Origin: Tubiluchus corallicola
Lineage: Eukaryota > Animalia > Priapulida
Direction of reading: 5' to 3'
Assembly: GCA_030141605.1 (NCBI GenBank)
Contig: JAQGDQ010001253.1
Coordinates: 1 to 51,793, forward strand
Length of the DNA: 51,793 bases
In this document: positions 12,266 to 25,536 of the stretch, one piece after another
Layout: every line of letters begins with the position of its first letter
Numbering within the stretch: the first letter of the stretch is position 1
Position numbers and translations under genes: made by a program
The notes under the pieces: model-generated
What the model saw: the letters and a program-made list of their open reading frames with translations, nothing else
Told to the model about the DNA's origin: nothing
The model's database searches: none

Positions 12266-12655
12266 AGTTATTAGTTATTTATATATATATACAATCTTTA
12301 TTTGCCATAAAAAATCGATATTCATAACTATAAAAGCATAAAAGAACATCGCAGCATGAGAATAAAATTCACACAACTGTTAAACGCAAAACCGTCTAGT
12401 GCAAACTAAAAACTACTGTGGCAAAAATTTAAAACAAAATATACATTATAATGATTACATACATACAGTTTAAAATGGACGTGGGTAAATAAACTAATGA
12501 CAAAACTGTCCCAGAGGAGCCTATAATACTATCTTTTATTAGGCACTGTAGTGTGTGCAGTGTACATTGTAGACTACACTGTCACAGTGTAGATAGCGTT
12601 ATACAGTGTCAAAGATAGTGCGGGTAGTATTTTCCACTACATCGGATGGCATTAA

Positions 12656-13119
12656 CCCTTTCATACCCGTTGTATCCCGTGAGATACGAAAATATTTTCT
12701 GCCTTTAAAATTAATAAAATTTTAAAACTGACAGTCATTTGATCTGTTAATAGTTGTTTTGATTTAAGCCAATAACAATAGACTAAAAATGGTGATAAAA
12801 ATGGTGATAAACTAGAAAATCTACATAGCATAAAAAACTACGAAAGGTACAGTACTTTAGAGATGACTTTGTACAGATCAGCATAGCATGCACGCTAAAT
12901 GTCTTAAATACTTTAAAAAATTATCAGCAATTGCAAAATGAAGCACATTTTATGCTTCCATTGAATCCCAATGTATCCCGTGGGATACAGGCTATATTTA
13001 GCACGCGGGTACAGGTAGAAAAAGTAATTATTATGTGTAAACAAGATGGACATACTGAACAAAAGTACCAAGCCAAAAAAAATTTTCTTATTACAAAAAA
13101 TAATTAGGGACTGAAAGGG
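12656..13119 (+). mobile_element. piggyBac-type MITE, copy 1 (464 bp)
   Basis: TTAA|CCCTTTCA ... TGAAAGGG|TTAA, with subterminal palindrome gtatcccgtg(g/a)gatac present twice. Confidence 0.9.
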
Positions 13120-13326
13120 TTAAAACCCTTTACAAGACGTTTGACACTTAATTTCACTGTCGGACATGAGGAAATTTAACGTTGCTCATTTGGGACACAG
13201 AACACAGCAAACTATCGTGGAAGCCGCCATTGAAACGCTCAAATGTGCATGAAATGCGTCAAGCAATCTGATTGGCTGGTAGGAAGACCAAGCCTAGGCT
13301 TCTATTATCAATACTATCACGTTAAT

Positions 13327-13361
<35 letters not shown>

Positions 13362-14064
13362 TGATGACGACGATGACGACGACGACGATGATGATGATGA
13401 TGATAAGTCTTTAATAGCCTCTTTTTCCAGGCCAAAATTTCTGCACAAACATTATACAATTTTACATGGACACTAGAGTGAGTTCTGCAATATTACATGT
13501 TTCTCATTCTGTAATTAGCTTTTTTAATTTGTGCGTTTAACATTTCTTACAGTGATATTAAACAAGAAGTATTGAAGTGAGTTTGCTAAAATCAAGGTTA
13601 TTAATGCAGCAAGTTTCCTGTCTAGTAACATAAAAATGCAGATAAATTGATGTACTAAATTATTAAATTCCAATTCAATATTTAAATCCACAAGAGCTAC
13701 AGTCAGTAATCTCAAAACTACACAAATTTAATCCCATTTTAATAGAAATTAACAGCAGAATCTTAAAATAAAAGGCTCATTTACAAAGTAGGTTTGTGTC
13801 GATATTAAATTTTCATTTTCGGTGAAATACGCAAGATTTAAGTTCTCATTTCCCAGCTCGTGTACTAGTACATTTCACCTGTTGTTGCCTATTTGTCTGT
13901 TTATCTGTTTGCCTGTCCGTTCGCCTATTTGTCGCCTGTTTGTCCCGCATAACTGACGTTAGGTCACCACAGTTGTTGAAGCTGGTCCTGTTATCTTGTT
14001 AGCCCTCAAAGGAAAGCAGTTGCATGTGTTGCAAAAGAAAAATTAAAGATAATTAATAAGATCA

Positions 14065-14345
14065 CAGTGCCATTGTACAGCATTCAGCGTGATATACAAA
14101 AACTATGTTAAATTTAAAATTCACGCTGTGCTCACACACGAGCTCTCGGACGTGTGTGCTACGTCACAACTGAACAACATTTGAAATGAGACGCACAGCC
14201 CTTGCTTTTGTAAAACGTGTTTCCGAAATGCAGGGCGCAGGTGCCTCTCCGACACGAGTGAATGACGAAATGCATGTAAGAGCGAAGAACAAGTTGCGCG
14301 AACGCAAAATTCTCATATTGCCGTAATCATTTTTCACGTAAGTCA
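14065..14345 (+). repeat. Old dispersed repeat family (other copies about 18210-18347 + and 38030-38310 -)
   Basis: Shared gctgtgctca...gagct...acg.gtg...cgtcacaa...tgaga.g.acag and atgcatgtaa.agcgaagaac.agt.gcgcgaacg. Confidence 0.7.
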
Positions 14346-14436
14346 TTCTTGAAAGAATAATTGTGTTCCCTTCCAATATGTTATAGGGCAGTCTGTTTTA
14401 AATAATAATGTAAAACTGGGTCCGGTTTTCCTTTAA

Positions 14437-14895
14437 CCCTTTCAGTCCCAAATTATTTTTTTAATAAGAAAAAAACTTTTGGCTTGATACTTTTGTTCAG
14501 TATGTCCATCTTGTTTACACATAATAATTACTTTTTCTACCTGTGCCCGCGTGCTAAATATAGCCTGTATCCCACGGGATACATTGGGATTCAATGGAAG
14601 CAACAAATGTGCTTAATTTTGCAACTGCTGATAATTTTTTAAAGTATTTAAGACATTTACTATGCATGCTATGCTGATCTGTACAAAGTCGTCTCTAAAG
14701 TACTGTACCTTGCACAGTTTTTTATGCTATGTAGATTTTCTAGATTGCCATTTTATCACTATTTTTAGTCTATTGTTATTGGCTTAAATCAAAATAACTA
14801 TTAACAGATCAAATAACTGTTAGTTTTAAAATTTTATTAATTTTAAAAGCAGAAAATATTCTCGTATCCCCGCGGATACAACGGGTATGAAAGGG
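14437..14895 (-). mobile_element. piggyBac-type MITE, copy 2 (inverted relative to copy 1)
   Basis: Reverse complement of 12656-13119 over full length. TTAA at 14433-14436 and 14896-14899. Confidence 0.9.
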
Positions 14896-15267
14896 TTAAA
14901 TTAACGTCTATTCAATCATCAATCCTATTCTACAGGAAGACTTCCTTGCGTTTCCCGAATCAGATACATGCACTTCCGTTTGGTTATTTAAACTATCGAG
15001 AATTTAATTATCTCACTTATACAATAAAATTTCTGGCTTAAATCTTTCAAAATTCTCAATTCTAACGTTTAAACATCTTATAACCTGGAATTCCAGACAC
15101 CCATTAAATGAAGTAAATTAGTTTCTCTTCCTCTCGTTAAATTAATCAAAGCAAATTGATGCTTAAAGAAAACACATGATTATTAAAATGACATTTATGT
15201 ACGGCTTATTTTTCACTGTAGCTGTTTGAATATTATGCTGACTACTATGTATTAACTATAAGTAGCT

Positions 15268-16690
15268 GTAGTGTGGTGTGGTGTAGTGTGGTGTGGTGTG
15301 GTGTGATGTGGTGTGGTGTGGTGTGGTGTGGTGTGGTGTGGTGTGGCGTGGCGTGGCGTGGCGTGGCGTAGCGTAGCGTAGCGTAGCGTAGCGTAGCGTA
15401 GTGTAGTGTAGCGTAGTGTAGGTATTGTAGTGTAGCGTAGTGTAGCGTAGCGTAGCGTAGCGTAGCGTAGCGTAGCGTAGCGTAGCGTAGCGTAGTGTAG
15501 CGTAGCGTAGCGTAGTGTAGTGTAGCGTAGTGCAGTGCAGTGCAATGCAGTGCAGTGCAGTGTAGTGCAGTGCAGTGTAGTGTAGTGTAGTGTAGTGTAG
15601 TGTAGTGTAGTGTAGTGTAGTGTAGTGTAGTGTAGTGTAGTGTAATGTAGCGCAGTGCAGTGTAGTGTAGTGTAGTGTAGCGGTATATTGTAGCGTAGTG
15701 TAGCGTAGTGTAGTGTAGTGTAGTGTAGCGGTATATTGTAGCGTAGTGTAGCGTAGTGTAGTGTAGCGTAGTGTAGCGTAGTGTAGCGTAGTGTAGCATA
15801 GTGTAGCATAGTGCAGCGTAGTGTAGTGTAGTGTAGTGTAGTGTAGTGTAGTGTAGTGTAGTGCAGTGCAGTGCAGTGTAGTGTGGTGTGGCAGTGCATG
15901 GTATGGTGTAGTGTAGTGTAGTGTAGTGTAGTGTAGTGTAGTGTAGTGTAGTGTAGTGTAGTGTAGTGTAGTGTAGTGTAGTGTAGTGTAGTGTAGTGTA
16001 GTGTAGTGTAGTGTAGTGTAGTGTAGTGTAGTGTAGTGTAGTGTAGTGTGGTGTGGTGTGGTGTGGTGTGGTGTAGTGTAGTGTAGTGTAGTGTTAATGT
16101 GTGTAGTGTAGTGTAGTGTTGTGTAGTGTAGTGTAGTGTAGTGTAGTGTAGTGTAGTGTAGTGTAGTGTAGTGTAGTGTAGTGTAGTGTAGTGTAGTGTA
16201 GTGTAGTGTAGTGTAGTGTAGTGTGTAGTGTAGTGTAGTGTAGTGTAGTGTAGTGTAGTGTAGTGTAGTGTAGTGTAGTGTAGTGTGGTGTAGTGTGGTG
16301 TGGTGTAGTGTAGTGTAGTGTAGTGTGGTGTAGTGTAGTGTAGTGTAGTGTAGTGTAGTGTAGTGTAGTGTAGTGTAGTGTAGTGTAGTGTAGTGTAGTG
16401 TAGTGTAGTGTAGTGTAGTGTAGTGTAGTGTAGTGTAGTGTAGTGTAGTGTAGTGTAGTGTAGTGTTGTGTAGTGTTGTGTAGTGTAATGTAGCGTGGTG
16501 TGGTGTAGTGTAGTGTAGCATAGCGTAGCATAGTGTAGTGTAGTGTAGTGTAGCATAGTGTAGCATAGCGTAGTGTAGTGTAGTGTAGTGTAGTGTAGCG
16601 TAGTGTAGTGTAGTGTAGTGTAGTGTAGTGTAGTGTAGTGTAGTGTAGTGTAGTGTAGTGTAGTGTAGTGTAGTGTACTGTAGTGTAGCA
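15268..16690. repeat. 1.4-kb pentanucleotide microsatellite (GTGTA)n with GTGTG/GCGTA/GTGCA variants
   Basis: Direct inspection. Confidence 0.97.
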
Positions 16691-17361
16691 TTAAGTAAGT
16701 GAATTTAACTGACTTCGCCGTGTCGCTGTTGAGTTTAACAAACAATTTTATGAAAGTTTCTGAAATTAATGACAATTATATTGTAAATTTATCAAACAGT
16801 AAAACTAATTGAAGAAAAAGAGAGCCTCTGTTTCGTGTATAACGTTCGCTAAGCAGTGAACATATAATGCTCACTCACTATTTTATGTCAAAGCTCTGTT
16901 ATTTATAATAGGTGTTTGCTTTATTGGACCCGGCAACACTTTATGAACACGTTACTGCTTTTACCCGTTCAATAATTTTGTACTAGAGTCTCTTTACGGC
17001 TACTATAAATTATTAGAAATTACTGACTGTGTAATTGTAAAACGCACAGCCATATAGAACAATTAGAATTGTCCATTTCTCTACTATTGTAACAGTGTTG
17101 TTATAAAATTTACAACATTGTTGGGCAGCTTTTGCACTATTACGAACTGAATGATCTTTTCATTCATTGTGAAATAACAAAGTGAAATTGCCAAAGGGGT
17201 GTACAGAAACACAACATTGCCCAGCGAAGGATTGAAATCGTATTTTGTATATTTTTATTCTGACCTTTAAGCGTTGATCTTTGGTCCAAGCATTTTTGTT
17301 TGATCTTCCATTATTGCAGAATTCAGATGGAAACTTCAAAAGCAATTATACGGCTAATGAA

Positions 17362-17805
17362 GGCAGGTAGGTAGGTAGGTAGGTAGGTAGGTAGGTAGGT
17401 AGGTAGGTAGGTAGGTAGGTAGGTAGGTAGGTAGATAGGAAGGTAGGTAGGTAGGTAGGTAGGTAGGTAGGTAGGTAGGTAGGTAGGTAGGTAGGTAGGT
17501 AGGTAGGCAGGCAGATAGGCAGGAAAGTATGTAGATTTAGGTAGGAAAGTAGTACATATGTAGGTAGTTAAGTAGGTAGGTAGGTAGGTACGTAGGTAGG
17601 TAGGTAGGTAGGTAGGTAGGTAGGTAGGGAGGGAGGGAGGGAGGGAGGGAGGGAGGTAAGTAGGTAAGTAGGTAGGTAGGTCATTCAGTAGGTAGGTAGA
17701 TTTAAGTAGGTAGGTACGTAGATGAGTAGGTAAATGGATAGGTAGGCAGGGAGGCAGGCAGACAGGCAGGTAGGTAGGTAGATAGATAGGTAGGTGGGTA
17801 GATAG
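17362..17805. repeat. (TAGG)n tetranucleotide microsatellite
   Basis: Direct inspection. Confidence 0.95.
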
Positions 17806-19069
17806 TACGGAATTTTAAGAGAGTTGTTGCTATTATTTAAATGTTATATTATTCATTGCGTCACATCTGGTATCTTTCTATGTGTCTTTGTTTAACTAAG
17901 ACATTAAGCAGCAATGAAAACGTAAGATCCGGTTGGTTTAAAGGAAAACTGCATAATTTTTCACATACTATCCCGTTTTCAAGTCCGATAAAAAGCAACC
18001 ATTTTAACACAATTAATATTCAAAAGAGTTTCTGATAGTTAAGTAATAACTTACTTAGCTAGATAATAGATTAAAATCTTAATTAACGGGAGGCGAGCCC
18101 AATTATTGATGACATCACAAACAAACATAATTTTCAACAGCAAAAATATTCCACGTGCGTGTTGAACATGTTTGTGAAAGTGAAAATTGAAGTACCGTGC
18201 CACTGTAACATAATCAGTGCCTTGTACTAAAACTAGGCACGTTTTAAGATAAAAATTCTAATTTCCAATTCACCGCTGTGCTCACGCATGAGCTGACGAA
18301 CGTGTGTATTACGTCACAAACTAACAAATCTGAACTGAGACGTACAGTTATATATATATATATAAATGCAATATTTAATATAATTTATATAATAATATAA
18401 TATTAATATATTTAACGCAATACAGATGTGAATATAGATAATTAGTAACGATAGAAATATATTCAAAAATTAAATACAATATATACAATTTTGAATTAGT
18501 TAGTTAGCCAATAAAAAAGCATCTCATTCAGTTCATTTCGAGAGAAACCTTCAATGATTAATTCACGTTGAATGACCAGTAGATTTCATAACTTCCTTTT
18601 TCTTCTCTATTATAATTTAAAAGAATTTCTTTACTTTCACAAGTAATTCTATTTTCTCCTATTGTTACTAGACTTGAATGATCATTCAGAATGTTTAGTG
18701 ACAAGAGAATGTCGTTATTAGTATCACTGACGCGTTTTTACATCTTTATACAGTTTTGCTGCCATGTATTGATTGCTTTACATATTCTTGATGTTTTTCA
18801 CTTGGTTAGCTGACCTTGTTCAGACATTCGATACTTTGACATGCAAAGCTTTTTGATCATAACTTAAAAATTGCTCAAGCGATAAACTCATAACTTTCAC
18901 AGACAAAAACTAACACAACGTAACATCACACTGCTGAATTTCACCTTTGCAGGACCTTTGCATGTAATGTTAATCTAGTTTAATCTTCGACACATATTTC
19001 TCGCGTCATCCGGGGTAAAAAAATAACGTATGTATGTTTCCTCCTAAGCGACTACTTCACAAATTAGCA

Positions 19070-19396
19070 GAAAAACTAAAGACTGATTATCCTCTGTTTT
19101 GGAAAAAAGAAATCTATAATGATAACAAACCTGGTGGACAAAACAAACTTCAAACGTATCGAACCTTCAAAAAACAATAACAACTAGAAAACTATTTACT
19201 TTCTGGTTATTCCAAAGATGGTATAACAAAATTTACAAAACTGAGAATCAGCTCTCATGCTTTGTGTATTGAAAGAGGGAGGTACGTTAAACCTGGAAAA
19301 ATCCCGGTTGAGAATCGTATATGCACATGTTGTTTAGGAAATGAAATCGAAGACGAATTACACTTTGTTATAAAATGCCCTTACGAGCAATGCTGA
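19070..19396 (+). mobile_element. LINE ORF2 C-terminal fragment with CCHC zinc knuckle (RTEX-like; clade tentative)
   Basis: Translates FWKKEI...NKLQTYRTFKKQ*QLENYL...FTKLRISSHALCIERGRY...ENRICTCC..NEIEDELHFVIKCPY, with one in-frame stop. Confidence 0.85.
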
Positions 19397-19712
19397 AAAA
19401 ATTTGCATTCTTGAAGTAATTAAGGCATTGATGATTATGTTGAAAAAGAATGTTAAAGAAATGATGAACAATATACTATGAATGATCATATCATTGAAAT
19501 TGAGGTCTGATGAATGACAATTTATTTTAAATATTAATAATTAAACTTTCCTTTTAAATAATTATTATAACTAACAGGAAGATTTAATAATATTTGTTTT
19601 ATTAGTAATTGTTTTGTTTGTCTGTAGCGTCACTGTATTTCAAAATTGAAATTGTATGTGTGTCATTGTATTGTTTTTTCTTGTATTGTATTCATTTTTG
19701 GCACTAATAAAC

Positions 19713-20163
19713 ATGAATATGAATATGAATATAAATATGAATACGAATGTGAATGCGAATCCGAATCCGAATCCGAATACGAATGCGAATGCGAATCCGA
19801 ATGTGAATGCGAATGCGAATGCGAATGCAAATGCGAATGCGAATGCGATTGTGATTGCGAATGCGAATCCGAATCCGAATGCGAATGCGAATCCGAATGC
19901 GAATGCGAATGCGATTGCGAATGCGAATGCGAATGCGATTGCGAATGCGAATGCGAATGCGAATGCGAATGCGAATGCGAATGCGAATGCGAATGCGAAT
20001 ACGAATACGAATACGAATACGATTGCGAATGCGAATACGAATACGAATAAGATAACGAATACGATAACGATTACGAATGTGAACGTGAATGTGAATGTGA
20101 ATGTGAATGTGAATGTGAAAATGAACATGAACGCGAACGCGAACGCGAACGCGAACGCGAACG

Positions 20164-20215
<52 letters not shown>

Positions 20216-20315
20216 TACGAATACGAATACGAATACGAATACGAATACGAATACGAATACGAATACGAATATGAATATGAATATGAATATGATTATGATT
20301 ATGAATATGAATATA
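19713..20315. repeat. Compound hexanucleotide microsatellite (GAATGC/GAATAC/GAACAC/GAATAT)n
   Basis: Direct inspection. Confidence 0.95.
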
Positions 20316-21720
20316 TAATTGAAAATTAAACACTGGAGTAAACTTAAGTTCTTGTGAATTCTTAGTGAAATAAACTGACATTTGGTTTCCTGTTGTAACT
20401 GTTATTAATTTTTCATACAATCTCTTTTGAGCTGAACATTGAAAAATCACACCATTTTAAACAGAATAATTATGCAAGCTTTATTGTAGGCATTGAAGAA
20501 AACACATTTGAAATACAATATTCAGCAATTGAGATTGGGAGTTGCTGGTTCATTTCGAAAACTAATGAAAAGAGATTAAAAAGATTTCATAAACACCCGA
20601 ACCACATGAACTTCAAAGATTTGCAACCAAAACTGTATAGTTAACTATCGAATCATCTTTTATTTTTTTTAAATCCAAAAACGAACCTGCGTGGGCGGAT
20701 CCAACCTTTTTTAGTACCATAAATGTTTCTAGTGCTGTTTCTCAGTTTATTTTTATTATATTATCATTGCAATAATTTTAAACAATATACAGCTTTTCAT
20801 AATATTGAAATCAACTTACAACAACGTATTGAATCATTTATCATAAAATTTGATATCAATTCTGTACTTTTTAATTTACATTGCACCAAGGCTAATATAC
20901 ATATTCTGTGTATATCTTTATATAGTGCTAGATCATATTTTGTTTGTGTTATGCTGTGTACAAAAGTTTGTTTGTGAGTACAAAACTGTACATATGTGTT
21001 TGTGTGTGTAATTCTTGCTTTTAGACTAAAAGTCCAATGACGGGAATGTATCTATTTCATTTATTTATCACAATTAAAATGATTTTATATTACATAAACT
21101 TTTTTAAATAACCAGTTACTTTTGGAACGCCCAGTATAATACGTAAAAACGTGTTTTTCATTAGCTGACGCACAACGTACAGCATGACAAACTCGTCGCG
21201 AAAGTGTGAAATTTTACAGAGCGATAAAATAATCGCACGTTGCCTACTTGTTTGAGTTGGAGAGCTTTTTACGCGTCCATGTTGTTTTCTCGTACATGTG
21301 TGTGACGCTCAGGCTTATTTTAGGCCAGGTTATGTAACTAGTTCCTACTGTTATAATTCCACCATTTATAAAAGAAGTTTAGTTAAGATGTTTAACGATA
21401 TAATGACAGAAGCCAACCTGTTCTGAAATCAAATTTCACCTGTACATTCAATGATACTGTTTATGCATTACTTCTATACCATGTGATTGAAGCCACGTAA
21501 ACGAAATTTTGGCTGTTCAGTTCGCCCAGGTATTCCGCTTGAAGTTGTCGAGTTAAGCGGACGTTCACATGTCATAAAATGATGGTTTAGTAGTAATAGT
21601 GCTTGCTTGTAGAAAAGCGATCTGTCTACCTGGTTACGACAGAGACGATAGTTGCATTCTAGCGATGATACTTACCTATTGCTGATTATATTTTCCTGAC
21701 GCTGATGATACATCACTTAC

Positions 21721-22217
21721 CAGTTGTCGATGATATCTGCTGCTGATGATACTTACTCGTATTTACCTGACGTTGATGATACTGTCGTTGGTGCGGGATG
21801 CTGTGATTACAAAATTGGTAATCCTTACTTTGCGACGAGTGCAGGAGCTTGGATGCTACCCCATTTTGGCGTCGTATTAGTGGAGGCGTGTACATCAGGA
21901 GTCGTCAAAGTTTGGAGACGTCGTTCACGTAATCAGATCCATCAAGAGGTAGTGTAGTCAACCGTTCTATGGTGCACCATTCCTTGATCAAGCCCCTGGT
22001 GAGGAGATGCTGCGGAATGGGAGCAGGAGAATAGTCGCTTGATGATGCCAAGACTGGACTGGTGAAAAACATTACGTTGTTCTTTCTCTTCTTAGCCGGC
22101 TTAGTCTTTATTATTAACAGTTGTCTCGTAATGTGTTTTGAAACATTCATTAAATTGTTATATTATTTTATTAATTCAGTGGTTTCTTCTCAGTGTTTTC
22201 GACTCAATGTTTAGTAC
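21721..22217 (-). other. Candidate exon of an unidentified minus-strand gene
   Basis: Acceptor ttccagccttcgcag| (22218) and donor ctg|gtaagt (21720). Non-repetitive, GC-richer sequence with ORFs 22150-21905 and 21895-21721. No recognisable domain. Confidence 0.3.
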
Positions 22218-22929
22218 CTGCGAAGGCTGGAATTTGTGAATAAATGCTGTACATTTTACTGTAACTTTAAGGACACGAAAAGGGGTACCTGAAGTAGGTT
22301 TCAGAAAAATCGCCTTAAAAAATTATATTACTTTATAGCAATTTTATGCGTATCTCATACTCGCACTGAAAGGAATTTTAGTTTGTTTTCATTTTAAATC
22401 TCCTGCAATACTGTTCCGAAGTCGCTATTACATGACGTCATGTACCAAACGTAAATCAAGGGAAGAAAAGGCAATGTTAAATTATATCTCAAAAGACTTT
22501 CCGTGCAAATCTATAATACTTGTATTTTCGCTTACCTGCTAGAAAGACTTATGTAACTAAAAAAGAAAATTATTAATTATTTAAAATGTTCTCACCAATT
22601 GGTAAAATGTCGCTGACTCACCCTCCAGGGTGCACCACTCACTAACCAAAAAACGTATTTTTAATCTTATTGACAAGATACAGTAATTTAAAATTTTATT
22701 TAGTTAGTGACTTGTGCGCTACGAATGCTCTGATTATTTTTTCAAACTTTACAAAATGTTACCTAAACTTTTTTCAAATGATCTGTCCTGAAAATGGCAG
22801 CGCCTAAAGACCATTGGTGGAGTTTAAATTTTCAAGTATCATCATCATCAACATCATCGTCATCGTCATCATCACGTTCATCGTCATCATCATTTTTTTA
22901 TTTGTTTTGATATATATATATATATATAT

Positions 22930-23113
22930 AAAATTTTGATGTGACCGAATATATTCAAACAAGTAATTAACACGACTATTATATATATATATATATATTA
23001 GAAAATATACATATATATATATATATATATATTCATATATGTATATTTTCTAATATATATAAAATAGTTGTGTTAAATACTTGTTTGGATATATTCGGTC
23101 ACACCAAAGTTTT
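22930..23113. repeat. AT-rich hairpin/palindromic element (arms of about 85 bp)
   Basis: gtgaccgaatatattcaaacaagtaattaacacgactatt versus aatagttgtgttaaatacttgtttggatatattcggtcac around a (TA)n centre. Confidence 0.8.
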
Positions 23114-23749
23114 GGTAAGCAATGTTTTAATATAATATTTTATAAGATAGAAAATTTCGTTCAACGGACAGTTATATGGCTTTACGTAATCGAGGTAGAT
23201 ATGGCCATAATTATGCATCGCATCATATTTATCATTCCTGAAATTAAATGCTCAGTATTAGTTCAGCAGTGTCTATATTGTATATTGGAAAAATCTGTGT
23301 TAGTTTCTTCATAAAAGGAAACACAATTCTATGTTATATATTTGTAACCCGACCAGGAGAACATTGGTTTCCCGAAATATCCATATTACTGGTAAACACA
23401 CTTACTGATGGATAGAAAACATCAGTTTTTGCACTGATAGTTGTTTGAAAAAGCTTTACAATTTAGCCAGAATTATCGTTTTTAGAATTAGCCTTTTAGA
23501 AAAACTAACAAATATATAAAAAAAGAATACGATACACATGTATATGGTATGATTTTAGCTATTTTTGTACAGCTTCTGAATAATTATAGCAAATAAAAAC
23601 TTGATTTAAACTGAGGTTGGCAACTTCTTTATTACAGCCTGTTGACATTTTAAATGAATAAATTTGATTAGTTCTCAATCCATATTTGCTTGTTTGTTTT
23701 GTTTTGTTTTTTTGAAGAAAAAATATGTTACAGACTATGTTAGAGTGCA

Positions 23750-24050
23750 AATAGAATAGAGCAGAATAGCATAAAATAGAATAGAATAGAATGGAATGGA
23801 ATGGAATGGAATGGAATGGAATGGAATGGAATGGAATGGAATGGAATGGAATGGAATGGAATGGAATGGAATGGAATGGAAATGGAATGGAATAGAATAG
23901 AATAGAATAGAATAGAATAGAATAGAATAGAATAGAATAGAATAGAATAGAATAGAATAGAATAGAATAGAATAGAATAGAATAGAATAGAATAGAACGG
24001 AACAGAATTGAATAAAACTGAACAGAACATAACATAACAGAAAAGAACAT
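23750..24050. repeat. (GAATG)n/(GAATA)n microsatellite
   Basis: Direct inspection. Confidence 0.95.
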
Positions 24051-24643
24051 AATAGCACAAAGCAGAATGTTTCTCAAATCTGCTTTAATTTTGCCAGAAA
24101 TTTCCTAAGAGTTAAGAAGAAAAAGCTGTTAGGAAAGGGTTAATTTTTCAAATAAAAATATTGTGTGATTGCTCGTTCTGATCGCTTAAAATTGACTAGT
24201 ACGTTATATTGCTATTTTAAAATAAGAATTTCAAATAAAGTTTGTTTTATTTAAACATTTCCAACTGTCTATATCAAACATCATCCCCACCAATAAAGTA
24301 CAGAACTAATCACTAGTTAATATGACTAAACTAGCCAATGCTAAATCATATCTTTCATTTCGTTATGCATTTTTATTTTGAGATGTTAAGAAGCATTTGA
24401 ACACACCTGCTTTATTCGAGACTTAGAAAAGTTAATATCAAAAAACTATTACCCAAAACTCCAAAGTAAGACTAAACCAGCACATTTTTGTAACATAAAA
24501 ATACTGTTAAATGAATTTATGTATACAGGAGTGCAATAAATATTGTTGAGGACATCTTTAGGCCTATTATGAAAAGCACATATAAAAACAGTCGAAAGCA
24601 ATAATTGTGCAAAATAGCAGCCATGTAGGCAATTATAAATTAA

Positions 24644-24834
24644 CCGTTTCATACCCGTTGTATTCCGTGGGACTTCTATTGAATCCCAATGTATAACGTG
24701 GGATACAGGCTACATATTTAGCACGCGGGCACAGGTAGAAAAAAATTATTATCTGTAAACAAGATGGACATACTGAACAAAAGTACTAAGCCAAAAATTT
24801 TCCTTATTAAAAAAATAATTTGGGACTGAAAGGG
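24644..24834 (+). mobile_element. piggyBac-type MITE, copy 3, internally deleted (191 bp)
   Basis: Same left about 30 bp and right about 165 bp as copy 1, TTAA on both sides. Confidence 0.85.
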
Positions 24835-24965
24835 TTAATAAATACAATTGCTCACACTTGCGATAAGCACGTAAATTTTAATTTCTATGTTGGTTATAAA
24901 GGACAAAGATAAAATAAACACGCTATCATTATAAGTCAGCATTATAAAACACAATTAAATAACGC

Positions 24966-25266
24966 TGTTACAGTTACAGTTACAGTTACAGTTACAATTC
25001 AGTTACAGTTACAGTTACAGATACAATTACAGATACAGTTACAGTTGCAGTTACAATTACAGATACAGTTACAGTTACAGTTACAATTACAGTTACAATT
25101 CAGTTACTGTTACAATTACAGTTACAGTTACAGTTACAGTTACAGTTACAGTTACAGTTACAGTTACAATTACAGTTACAGTTACAGTTACAGTTACAGT
25201 TACAGTTACAGTTACAATTCAGTTACAGTTACAGTTGCGATTGCAGTTACAGTTACAGTTACAGTT
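24966..25266. repeat. (GTTACA)n microsatellite
   Basis: Direct inspection. Confidence 0.95.
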
Positions 25267-25536
25267 TACTTTATTTAACGTCGTTTTGTGAAACGAAGAG
25301 CATTAGTCTGTAAAGACTGTTTTCCGACACAAATAAAACCCCCTAGCATCCTGAATTAAAGCTTAAGCTGATTAAAATACGATAACTTCTGTAGCATTTA
25401 TTACGCATAAAACTACATAATTTCGTCAAAATGCTCAAACGCATTTTGCAATATATTTACGAAGGATTAGTAAACATCTACCAGGCGTACAAAGTCAATT
25501 ATTATTACTACTAATTATAATTATTAACAGACTTAC

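Noticed and set aside
15245-16775. 507-aa and 436-aa HYTTL-repeat ORFs
   Set aside because: Translation of a pentanucleotide microsatellite that lacks stops on one strand.
17362-17700. Telomere-like G-rich repeat
   Set aside because: The unit is TAGG, not TTAGG or TTAGGG; an ordinary tetranucleotide microsatellite.
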